Shown: in pieces, positions 1 through 8,331 of the stretch
Position numbering within the stretch: the first letter of the stretch is position 1
How the letters are laid out: the number at the start of each line of letters is the position of its first letter
Assembly (NCBI GenBank): GCA_965246715.1
Contig: CBDFFH010000030.1
Location: forward strand, 1 to 41,560
DNA length: 41,560 nucleotides
From: Chamaesiphon sp.
GTDB taxonomy: Bacteria; Cyanobacteriota; Cyanobacteriia; Cyanobacteriales; Chamaesiphonaceae
Reading direction: 5' to 3'
Position numbers and translations under genes: made by a program
The notes under the pieces: model-generated
What the model was told of the DNA's origin: nothing
The model's database searches: none
What the model saw: the letters and a program-made list of their open reading frames with translations, nothing else

Positions 1-2
1 GA

Positions 3-692
3 GCGAGCGACAGGTACATCGTCGATGCCCTAAACCAGGAGGCAGCCTCGATCTTCCAGAACCAGGCACCACTGAATCACGTCCTCGCGCAGATCTACCA
101 CAACACCCCCGCTGCCGCTGCCCAAAAGCAGTCCAAGGCCAAGATCTCGGCGCACGCCGACAAAACCAAGGACATGCCTGTCAATGGCATCATGGCCTTC
201 TGCACCTTCTACGATCGACTCGATAAGCTACAGCCCCTGAGTAAAGATGCCTTTGATTACGGATATAAAGGTGTCAGCGGGCTGACCAAGCTCCACTTTC
301 GGCTCAAAGATGCGGTCGCGGCACGCGCTGAATGCACTCTCCCCCGTGAGTTCACTTTGACTTTATACCCCAACTCTGTGTTCTTCATGCCGCTGTCCAC
401 TAATCGACTGTATACCCATGAGATTCGGTCGTCGATGTTGGATGCCGACTTGCTCCCAACCCGCCTGGGGTATGTAGTGCGCTGTTCGAGCACCGAGGCA
501 GTTCATCAGCACGATCGCACTTTCCTCAAGCGGGACGGCCAGCTAGTGGAGCTAGTACCGCCCACGATCGATGGTATCGATGAGCTGCGCGAGTTGTATG
601 CAGAGGAGAACAACTCCGAAGCCTTTATCGATTACGGCGATAAGTTTCTCTTTAGTATGAATGCGGGGGATTATCTTGCCCCCCGCATCTAA
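3..692 (+). CDS. 2OG-Fe(II) dioxygenase (AlkB-like fold), 5'-truncated by window edge
   Basis: Frame of ORF 174..692 is open back to position 3 (ASDRYIVDALNQEAA...NHVLAQIYHN...KISAHADKTKDM). HxD (HAD), distal His (YTHEI) and RxxxxxR (RLGYVVR) match the 2OG-Fe(II) signature. Confidence 0.7.
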   Translation, partial: ASDRYIVDALNQEAASIFQNQAPLNHVLAQIYHNTPAAAAQKQSKAKISAHADKTKDMPVNGIMAFCTFYDRLDKLQPLSKDAFDYGYKGVSGLTKLHFRLKDAVAARAECTLPREFTLTLYPNSVFFMPLSTNRLYTHEIRSSMLDADLLPTRLGYVVRCSSTEAVHQHDRTFLKRDGQLVELVPPTIDGIDELRELYAEENNSEAFIDYGDKFLFSMNAGDYLAPRI

Positions 693-1566
693 AATAACGG
701 ATGAGATTCGCTCGTATACCTTACCGATTCTCCAAAGGAGAGGCTTCGCCAACGACGGCAACCCGTTCGAGGAGTTGTTGGCATCGGTGCGGTTTGAAGA
801 CGTGGGCAAAGGGCGGCAGGGAGCGGTGGTGATTAAGAGCGACGAGACAGGTAGCATCCCGATCGTCCGCACCACCACTAGATACAGCACCCCAGCGCAA
901 CGCTTCCTGTCGGTACACGATCGGTTAGCACAGCAGATTCAGACAATTGCGTCGCTGGCGGTAGGCTTTAACAACGCTCTGATTGAAAAATACACCAACG
1001 CTTACACCACCATGGGCAGTCATTCCGACCAAGCCCTGGATCTGGCAGACGAATCGTCGATCGCAATTTTCTCCTGCTACAAATATCCCGAGATCGCAAA
1101 CCCGCCGAGGAAGCTACTTGTCGAATTGAAGGAGCCTAACGACGATCCGAACGGCTTGCCGTCTGCGACAGCAATCGAGATCCCCTTAACTCACAATAGT
1201 GTCGTACTGTTCTCCGTTGCCACCAATCGGCGGCGCAAACACAAGATCGTACTGGACAAGTCCGTACGACCGCCTGAGAACCAATGGTTGGGCATCACAT
1301 TCCGAACATCAAAAACCTTTGTGCGGTTTCGTGACGAATCTGCCTACTTCCTGGACGATAAACGGCTGACATTAGCTAATGACGAACAAAGGCACGAATT
1401 TTACCATCTGCGGCATCGAGAAAACAATGAACTGGACTTTACCTACCCTCGGATTACATACACCATCAGCAAGAGCGACATGATGCCACCCGAACCCATT
1501 GAGAATCTGTACTCCCATCCTTACGATCGATCGAATTTATGGAAGTCAAATCTGACTCAATGTTAG
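676..1566 (+). CDS. AlkB-like alpha-ketoglutarate-dependent dioxygenase
   Basis: FNNALIEKY...MGSHSDQ (NxxxxxxY...HxD), distal His in KHKI, ITFR. Probable TTG start at 676 after GGGGGA (alternative ATG at 661); overlaps the upstream gene. Confidence 0.75.
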   Translation: MPPASKITDEIRSYTLPILQRRGFANDGNPFEELLASVRFEDVGKGRQGAVVIKSDETGSIPIVRTTTRYSTPAQRFLSVHDRLAQQIQTIASLAVGFNNALIEKYTNAYTTMGSHSDQALDLADESSIAIFSCYKYPEIANPPRKLLVELKEPNDDPNGLPSATAIEIPLTHNSVVLFSVATNRRRKHKIVLDKSVRPPENQWLGITFRTSKTFVRFRDESAYFLDDKRLTLANDEQRHEFYHLRHRENNELDFTYPRITYTISKSDMMPPEPIENLYSHPYDRSNLWKSNLTQC

Positions 1567-1594
1567 CTAGAGTGAGTCTACTGAATATTATGAG

Positions 1595-1993
1595 ATGCCG
1601 AGTTCGATGTTTCCTGTAAACTTAAGTGACAAAGAATTGTTAGAAGAAGCGCGTTCTATTATCTCCAAACGATTTAAGGAGGATTATCATCATATTGGAG
1701 CGGCAGTGAGAACGAAGTCGGGCAAAATATTCGCTGCTGTCCATCTAGAGGCATATGTTGGGCGAGTTGCTGTTTGTGCTGAGGCAATTGCAATTGGCAT
1801 GGCTGCTGCTGAAGGAGATACAGACATTGAAACCATTGTTGCTGTAGAGCGTCACGGGAAAGTTGTTTCGCCTTGTGGAATGTGTCGTGAGTTAATTTCT
1901 GATTACGCTCCTGATTGTAGAGTTATTATCACTGAAGAAGAGAGTGTAAATATCTACGAACTTTTGCCAAGAAAATATCAGCGCTTAGAGTGA
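1595..1993 (+). CDS. Cytidine deaminase family protein, blasticidin S deaminase (Bsr)-like
   Basis: CAE...PCGMCRE three-Cys zinc motif. HHIGAAVRTKSG, VHLEAYVGRVAVCAEAIAIG and VVSPCGMCRELISDYAPDC closely match my recollection of B. cereus Bsr. Confidence 0.85.
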   Translation: MPSSMFPVNLSDKELLEEARSIISKRFKEDYHHIGAAVRTKSGKIFAAVHLEAYVGRVAVCAEAIAIGMAAAEGDTDIETIVAVERHGKVVSPCGMCRELISDYAPDCRVIITEEESVNIYELLPRKYQRLE

Positions 1994-3625
1994 AAGCAAA
2001 TCATTTTGTGAAGTCTTGGTTTGGATCGAGGGTAGACTCAGATTAAATTTCGGATCGTCAAAATAATAGGTACCATCAGCCGCGAAGATGCGATCGACAA
2101 GTTCTACCGCACTTTTGGCGATTACCACCGGATTGCCACATTCTTCATCGACGACTACTCTACATAGGAGAAACCAGCAGTTGCCAGAACGATGGTTGAA
2201 ATTAAACGCGATCGATCGTCCGTCATCTAAAGTGATGAATGGAGTGGCAAAACTACCAGCGACATAGGGCAAGTATTCATCGGGTACCATCCGACAGTCA
2301 CCCCACTCCTGACAGGGGATGATTTGCCAGGAGTGTCCGCCATCGGCATAGAGTGTCGCCCCATCAAAGCGATCGAGCATTTGCATCAGATCTTTGGGCA
2401 TCTCGTGGATATATAAATCAGTCCAATCGATCGGTGCGCTAGTAAGATGCTCCTGCTGAATTCGATCCAGTAAATTCGACCAGCGATCTTCGCCCAATCG
2501 TAACATCCAGCCAAGTTCGGGTTGGAGCCTCAGGTGTTGGGCATCTTGACTCACGCCAATGAATCCCGCAACTAAGTCTAGTGGATACTCCTTGCCAGTA
2601 TTTGCGACTTTAAATGCGATCGGTACCATTGACAGCCCTAGTGGTGTTCGCGTCGGTGCGATGCCATCGACTTTAGGAAAGAATAAGTCCTGCGATTCTC
2701 GATCGGCTGTGTTGGGCAACTCGCAACGATCCATTGCCAAGAGTGGATTGCGAACGGTGGGTGCGTGGGTTCTACCATCCTGGAGATACGGAAATAGATC
2801 CGCCAACCACCCAGTAATTAGATCTGCACCGTAAACGGCTGCTGGTTTGTAAATGCACCGCCAAAAATCTAACGATGGTTTGCCAGATGCAGTGGCGATG
2901 AATTCGTCGCAAATTGGCAACATGCGTGCCGTCCACCATTCGAGATCGTATTGAGCCATCGATTTCACCCGATCGCGAATACTCTGCCAATCTTCTACCG
3001 TCCCCAACAGCGTAACTTCGGGAATCCCACAAATACAGAGCATCACAAAATCAAAATACTGCCCAAATGCGTCCATCATCACAACATGGCTGACGGTACG
3101 GGAGATCGGCGTAGTCGTACTAAAATTGCACTCTAGCAACCGATAGCAGTCCGCACCGACGAGATCGCGAATTTGCAGCACCCATTCCTCAATTTTTTCA
3201 GCCCACGGCTGGGATTGAATCGGTGTATCCAGCACCTCGACGATGAGTTTCTCTTTGCCTTGATGCCGGACGAACCTCGATCGCAGCGTTTCGGCATGGT
3301 TATTGATATGCTGGGCAAATCCTTGTGCCAGGGTTATCCAAATGATATCTGGCGTAAGTTGTAACGGACGATGTTCGCTAAATGCTTTATGTACTGCCAA
3401 AGCTAGCGGATGAATTTCACCACCATCGGCGATCGTCTGTAAGGTGGCATCGTGGCTGAAGGTAAGGAATTCGCGATTCTCTTCCACAGACGCTGCGCGA
3501 ACGAGGCGTTGCTCTAATTGCGATTTGGCTGAGTGTGTGGTTAATAATGTTGTGGCCCGCTCGACATCATCCACGCAAAAGCGGATTTTACCGATCGAGC
3601 GTTCGAGAATGGTAGGGATAGACAC
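1985..3625 (-). CDS. DUF4419 domain protein with C-terminal extension
   Basis: AFSEHRPLQLTPDIIWITLAQGFAQHIN, CNFSTTT, CGIPEVTLLGTVEDW and ITGWLADLFPY are typical of DUF4419. GTG start with GAGG upstream. Confidence 0.8.
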   Translation of the reverse strand: MSIPTILERSIGKIRFCVDDVERATTLLTTHSAKSQLEQRLVRAASVEENREFLTFSHDATLQTIADGGEIHPLALAVHKAFSEHRPLQLTPDIIWITLAQGFAQHINNHAETLRSRFVRHQGKEKLIVEVLDTPIQSQPWAEKIEEWVLQIRDLVGADCYRLLECNFSTTTPISRTVSHVVMMDAFGQYFDFVMLCICGIPEVTLLGTVEDWQSIRDRVKSMAQYDLEWWTARMLPICDEFIATASGKPSLDFWRCIYKPAAVYGADLITGWLADLFPYLQDGRTHAPTVRNPLLAMDRCELPNTADRESQDLFFPKVDGIAPTRTPLGLSMVPIAFKVANTGKEYPLDLVAGFIGVSQDAQHLRLQPELGWMLRLGEDRWSNLLDRIQQEHLTSAPIDWTDLYIHEMPKDLMQMLDRFDGATLYADGGHSWQIIPCQEWGDCRMVPDEYLPYVAGSFATPFITLDDGRSIAFNFNHRSGNCWFLLCRVVVDEECGNPVVIAKSAVELVDRIFAADGTYYFDDPKFNLSLPSIQTKTSQNDLLSL

Positions 3626-3728
3626 GATCGAGACCTCACTTACTCAGGTACATAGTCGATATAACTACATACTAACTTCGATCGAGGCGTGACTGGGTAA
3701 TGAAGTAGTACATTTTTCCTAAAAAAGA

Positions 3729-3757
3729 TTGACAGTAAGTTTGAACTAAGGTATAAT
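3729..3757 (+). promoter_or_regulatory. Perfect-consensus sigma70-type promoter
   Basis: TTGACA (3729-3734), 17 bp spacer, TATAAT (3752-3757), with an A-tract upstream. Confidence 0.85.
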
Positions 3758-3908
3758 AGTACTAAGCACTAAGCGGAAACAATCAGAATTTAAGTTAATT
3801 TGATTCAGGTATCTGGGCACAATTAGTAGTAATTGGCACGGTATCAAATTCTCTCTGCATTCCAGAGGGTTGATTTTCATGCGTCCTCAACATTTAAGGT
3901 AGATAAAC

Positions 3909-4895
3909 ATGGCAATAGTAAAGGATAGTAAAACCGAAATTTTAGCAGAACTCAATCGCATTCTCGATCGAGATCGACCCAGCTCAAAAGTTGCTACGAA
4001 AGAAGAGGAAGCACAATTAGCTAAGAATAAAGAAATTGTTGCTAGAGCTGCTAACTATACCGTTGACACGATTGTCAAAGGGATGGCAGATTTACAACTC
4101 GAATTTGGCAGTATCGTCTCCGAACTATCCGAGAAATTAACATCTGAAGTTGAGAAATTAACCGAAGCAAAACAAGCGATCGAGATCGAAACTCAGCATC
4201 GATCGGAACTTCAGAAAATTAGAGTAGTAGCCGACGCACTCTACATCATCACCCAAGAACACCAGCAAAGTTTAAAAGGGATCGAACAGCAACTCACTAG
4301 CGAGCAGGAAGAGCTGTTCAAAGAGCAAACCCAAGTCCGGAAGAACTGGGCGCAAAATGCTAAAGAATACGCCGAACAGCAAGCAGAATTAGCGACGATT
4401 ACCGCTAAAGAACGCCAAAAGGAACAAGACGAATTTCAGTATAAAGTCACCCGCGATCGACAGTTGCAAGCGGATACCTCTGCTGAGGCAAAACGCAATC
4501 AAGAACAAGAGATTCAATCTCGCGATCGCGAACAACAGAAACAATGGAAAGAGCGAGAAAAATTCTTGAAAGATAATCAGAAACTGCTCGATGAAAACCT
4601 AGCTAAAGTAGTTGCTTTCCCCGCTGAATTGGAAGAAGCAATTAAAAAAGCCAGAGAAGAAGCAATTAAAGAAACTAGTAGCGATGCTAAAGTCAAAGCT
4701 GACTTATTTGAGAAAGAATGGGAAGGTACCAAGCAAGGATACGAAATGAAGATTCAATCATTAGAGCGAGTTGTCGATCGTCAGTCCGAACAAATTACGG
4801 CGATTACCGAACAGCTCCAAGCCGTAATGAATCAAGCTCAATCTCTAGCAATGAAGGCTTTTGAAACTTCTGCAAGAATTAGTGAAAAGAATTAA
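3909..4895 (+). CDS. Coiled-coil-rich protein A (paralog of next gene)
   Basis: 328 aa, E/K/Q/A-rich and helical throughout; AAGGT RBS; shares LQLxFGSxVSELSEKLT with the next ORF. Confidence 0.85.
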   Translation: MAIVKDSKTEILAELNRILDRDRPSSKVATKEEEAQLAKNKEIVARAANYTVDTIVKGMADLQLEFGSIVSELSEKLTSEVEKLTEAKQAIEIETQHRSELQKIRVVADALYIITQEHQQSLKGIEQQLTSEQEELFKEQTQVRKNWAQNAKEYAEQQAELATITAKERQKEQDEFQYKVTRDRQLQADTSAEAKRNQEQEIQSRDREQQKQWKEREKFLKDNQKLLDENLAKVVAFPAELEEAIKKAREEAIKETSSDAKVKADLFEKEWEGTKQGYEMKIQSLERVVDRQSEQITAITEQLQAVMNQAQSLAMKAFETSARISEKN

Positions 4896-4996
4896 GTAGA
4901 TAGTACAGAGTGGATGGTTTAATTCTTTCGATCTTTATCCACAAAATCTCGCTCTTCATCCAAATCAAAATCGACCTTTACAGTGAATCATTGAAT

Positions 4997-6082
4997 ATGG
5001 CAGCGAAACCTACAGATAAAAATACCAAAGCAGAAATTTTGACTGCTTACAACCAACTTGCTGACGAGAAAAAAGCACTCGAAGCTCAAGTGAAAAATGC
5101 TCAAAAGCAACCAGTTGCGCCGACACCGACACCCACCGCTACAGTAGTTAAAGAAGAACCAAAAGTCGTTATGAGTGCAATACCCAGCAAAGATAAAGTG
5201 AATTTTACGATCGCTAATTTAGATAGTCTCCAACTGGGATTTGGTTCGACGGTGAGCGAACTATCCGAAAAACTCACGATCGAAGCGGCTAAATTAGCTG
5301 AAATTCGGGATGAGGTGGCTGAGGAAATTACCGATTTACAAACGCTCCATACTCTCGAAGTTAGTGAAGATACATTTGAAGAACTGATTGACAGCTATGA
5401 AACTAGTTCCAAGGCTTTTAGTGAGGAACTGAGGCAGCGGCAGGAGGCTTATCAGCAAGAGATTCAGACTCAGACTAAAGCCTGGAATAAAGAGATCGAG
5501 CAGCACAGTATCACACTCAAAGAAGGAGTGGAACTCGATCGCAAGAATATCCAGCGCGAAGTTCAAGAATATAAGTATAATCTCGACTTGCAGCGCAAAC
5601 TCGATCGCGAGCAATACGTGCAACAGCAAGCAGATTTAGCACGGGAACTTGCTGAAATCAAAGAAGTCCAAGAAAAATCATGGGCAGAACGCGAACTTAC
5701 TTTAGCCGAACGAGAAAAACAATTTCACGAAGCTAAAGAGAAGGTTGCAGCATTCGTTCAAGATAAAGAAAAAGCGATCGAGAAAGCTAAAGGCGAAGGT
5801 AAAGGCATCGCCACTTACCAAGCCAAAATCAAATCCGATCTCTATGCTAAAGATGTAGAAGGTCAAAAACGTTCCTATGAAGGTAGTATCCAATCGTTGG
5901 AAGATACAATTCTCAATCAAGGCGAACGTCTCATTAGTCTCTCCAAACAACTAGAAGCGGCATTAAAACAAGTCCAGGATCTAGCTGTCAAAGCGATCGA
6001 AGGTTCTGCCAATGCTAACTCTTATCAAACGTTAAAAGAAATTACCTTAGAGCAAGCTAAATTCCAAGCTAAAACTAAATAG
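4997..6082 (+). CDS. Coiled-coil-rich protein B
   Basis: Probable start MAAKPTDK at 4997; helical E/K/Q-rich protein with PTPTPT linker; paralogous to 3909..4895. Confidence 0.85.
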   Translation: MAAKPTDKNTKAEILTAYNQLADEKKALEAQVKNAQKQPVAPTPTPTATVVKEEPKVVMSAIPSKDKVNFTIANLDSLQLGFGSTVSELSEKLTIEAAKLAEIRDEVAEEITDLQTLHTLEVSEDTFEELIDSYETSSKAFSEELRQRQEAYQQEIQTQTKAWNKEIEQHSITLKEGVELDRKNIQREVQEYKYNLDLQRKLDREQYVQQQADLARELAEIKEVQEKSWAERELTLAEREKQFHEAKEKVAAFVQDKEKAIEKAKGEGKGIATYQAKIKSDLYAKDVEGQKRSYEGSIQSLEDTILNQGERLISLSKQLEAALKQVQDLAVKAIEGSANANSYQTLKEITLEQAKFQAKTK

Positions 6083-6117
6083 ATTAAACAGATCTGATTC
6101 TTACTATAATTACTGCC

Positions 6118-6150
6118 ATATCCCCGACTTCTTCAAGAAGTCGGGGATAT
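6118..6150. repeat. Palindromic cyanobacterial short dispersed repeat / bidirectional terminator
   Basis: ATATCCCCGACTTCTT-C-AAGAAGTCGGGGATAT, a perfect 16-bp inverted repeat between convergent genes. Confidence 0.75.
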
Positions 6151-6243
6151 TTTCCCCCTAGCCGATCGATCTCCACTTTTGACAACTATTTACCCTGTCC
6201 TAAATCACTTGACAAACTAGCGCCAATTCAGCTCTTTTCTAAT

Positions 6244-7410
6244 TTATAATCTCGACCATTTCAATCCCGCTACTGCATCGACATGCCAATGTAATAAATC
6301 AGGCGTTTGTCCCACATACTTATCGTTTAAACCGATCGCCTGACGTGGTGCGGTAGTTGCTAGCGCGATCGCATTACCGATATCGCAAATCCCCCATTTG
6401 ACTAAATTTTGAACCCCAACTAATAGCGATCGAGTCGTACCCGAAAGCGTCCCATCTGGTAATCTCGCCGTCCCATCGATTACTTCGATTTCCCGACTAT
6501 CCCATGGATATTTCCCATCGGGTAAACCCAACGGCGATAACGCATCGCTCACCAAAAATAGCCCTTCCGCGTAGCGACCCGATCGCAACAATACTTGCAA
6601 CATCTTCGGGTGTACGTGTTGTCCATCGGCAATAAATCCACACTTTACGCCTGGATACGTCAATGCTGCACCCAGCAACCCCGGTTCGCGATGGTGCAAT
6701 CCTGGCATCGCATTAAAAGCATGAGTCACCATTGATGCCCCATTAGTAAACGCAGTCTCAGCTTGGGCAAAATTGGCTTGAGAGTGCCCTAAACTGACAA
6801 CTATGCCTAAATCTCTTAAATAGTTAATTACCGTATCTGTTGGGTCTAATTCAGGGGCGAGCGTAACTATCTTGACGATCGAACTATATTTACCCAGGAT
6901 TGCTGTGACTAAATTTAACGTCAGTGGCTGTAAATATATGGCTGGATGGGCACCGCGCTTTTGCGGATTTAGAAATGGCCCTTCTAGGTGAACGCCGAGA
7001 ATTTGGGCAGTATCGGGGCCTTGTTGGGACATGAACTCCGCAAATACAGCTAGCGATCGATGGATATTATCGATCGAGGTAGTCACTATCGTCGGTAAAA
7101 AGCTATCGACACCTTGCGCCCAGAGAAAATCGCACACATCCCGCAAGCGATCGAAGTCCGTCATCTGTACGTCAGGAAATGCCAATCCCAACCCTCCATT
7201 AATCTGAAGATCCACCCCACCGAGTGAGAGCCAATCTCCCTGTACATCTAGTGTATGTGAGGGATCGAGCGGGTTTGGATCTTCGATCGCTGCCAACTTT
7301 TGCGAGATCGGGCAATCAGCAATCGCACTAATTTTACCTGCGCGGATTGCGATCTCTTGTAATCCTGAATATCCAGGAATTTGGGCATTGATAATTTTGT
7401 AATCGTTCAT
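6244..7410 (-). CDS. nagA: N-acetylglucosamine-6-phosphate deacetylase
   Basis: DLQINGG, GVHLEGPFLN..KRGAH, TLAPE, GHS, THAFNAM, ADGQHV, LVSDA, LSG motifs. Confidence 0.95.
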   Translation of the reverse strand: MNDYKIINAQIPGYSGLQEIAIRAGKISAIADCPISQKLAAIEDPNPLDPSHTLDVQGDWLSLGGVDLQINGGLGLAFPDVQMTDFDRLRDVCDFLWAQGVDSFLPTIVTTSIDNIHRSLAVFAEFMSQQGPDTAQILGVHLEGPFLNPQKRGAHPAIYLQPLTLNLVTAILGKYSSIVKIVTLAPELDPTDTVINYLRDLGIVVSLGHSQANFAQAETAFTNGASMVTHAFNAMPGLHHREPGLLGAALTYPGVKCGFIADGQHVHPKMLQVLLRSGRYAEGLFLVSDALSPLGLPDGKYPWDSREIEVIDGTARLPDGTLSGTTRSLLVGVQNLVKWGICDIGNAIALATTAPRQAIGLNDKYVGQTPDLLHWHVDAVAGLKWSRL

Positions 7411-7541
7411 GGGTGTTGGAGATTAGAGCTAGCGATCGCCAATATCATGTTAGTTGGTAGAGATAAGCCAGTGTTGATGCCAGTAGATATTCTGGCGCGA
7501 ATGTCTCAGCTCTAGTTCATAATTCATAATTCATCATTTAT

Positions 7542-8051
7542 ATGACAACTTCCCTCATCGGCATCATCATGGGTAGCGATTCCGACTTACCAACAATGAC
7601 CGCTGCGATCGAAATCTGCGAACGGTTTGAAATTCCGCATGAAGTGGCGATCGTGTCCGCACATCGCACTCCCGAACGGATGGTCGAGTACGCCCAAACA
7701 GCTCATCAGCGCGGTTTAAAGGTCATCATTGCTGGTGCGGGTGGTGCGGCGCATTTGCCAGGGATGGTAGCCTCGCTGACTCATCTACCAGTGATTGGCG
7801 TACCCGTGCAGACTAAGACATTGCAAGGTGTCGATTCGTTGTATTCGATCGTCCAAATGCCCGCAGGTATTCCAGTGGCAACAGTCGCGATCGGGAATGC
7901 GACCAATGCCGGACTACTTGCCGTCCAAATGCTGGCAACCCAAGATCCCGAATTATCAGCCAAAGTCCAAGCATATCGTCAGAGCCTGAAGCAAATGGTA
8001 CTAGATAAACAAGCCCAACTCGATCGAGTCGGTTATCGCAATTATTTTTAA
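7542..8051 (+). CDS. purE: N5-CAIR mutase
   Basis: [39 protein letters not shown] motifs. Confidence 0.98.
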   Translation: MTTSLIGIIMGSDSDLPTMTAAIEICERFEIPHEVAIVSAHRTPERMVEYAQTAHQRGLKVIIAGAGGAAHLPGMVASLTHLPVIGVPVQTKTLQGVDSLYSIVQMPAGIPVATVAIGNATNAGLLAVQMLATQDPELSAKVQAYRQSLKQMVLDKQAQLDRVGYRNYF

Positions 8052-8186
8052 TCGATCGCTACTGAGATCTTGGTACTGAAAAAATTATCGCTCGGCGATC
8101 GAGCTAAAACTACCGTAATCATTGATAGCTATGTTATTTGGCGCGAGTCGACGGTTCGAGCTTGAGTATCGATCGGGCAAAGCATT

Positions 8187-8267
8187 GTAGTAAATAATAC
8201 CTAATACGTAATGCTTAACTCTCGGTAAAAGTATCGCAGTATACAGAATTTTTGTATCTGCAAACAC
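8187..8267 (+). promoter_or_regulatory. Tandem NtcA-binding sites upstream of amt1
   Basis: GTA-N8-TAC at 8187-8200 and 8231-8244; near-match GTA-N8-CAC at 8254-8267. amt1 is a canonical NtcA target. Confidence 0.75.
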
Positions 8268-8331
8268 AAAATTGAGCCACTACGATACATAAAATTTTCA
8301 TTCAATACTCTGGCGTGTAAGGAAAGATCGA

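Noticed and set aside
4910..4996. N-terminal extension of coiled-coil protein B
   Set aside because: Paralogy with protein A begins at the ATG at 4997; the extension looks non-coding.
8085..8267. 60-aa minus-strand ORF before amt1
   Set aside because: Coincides with the NtcA promoter region; no coding support.
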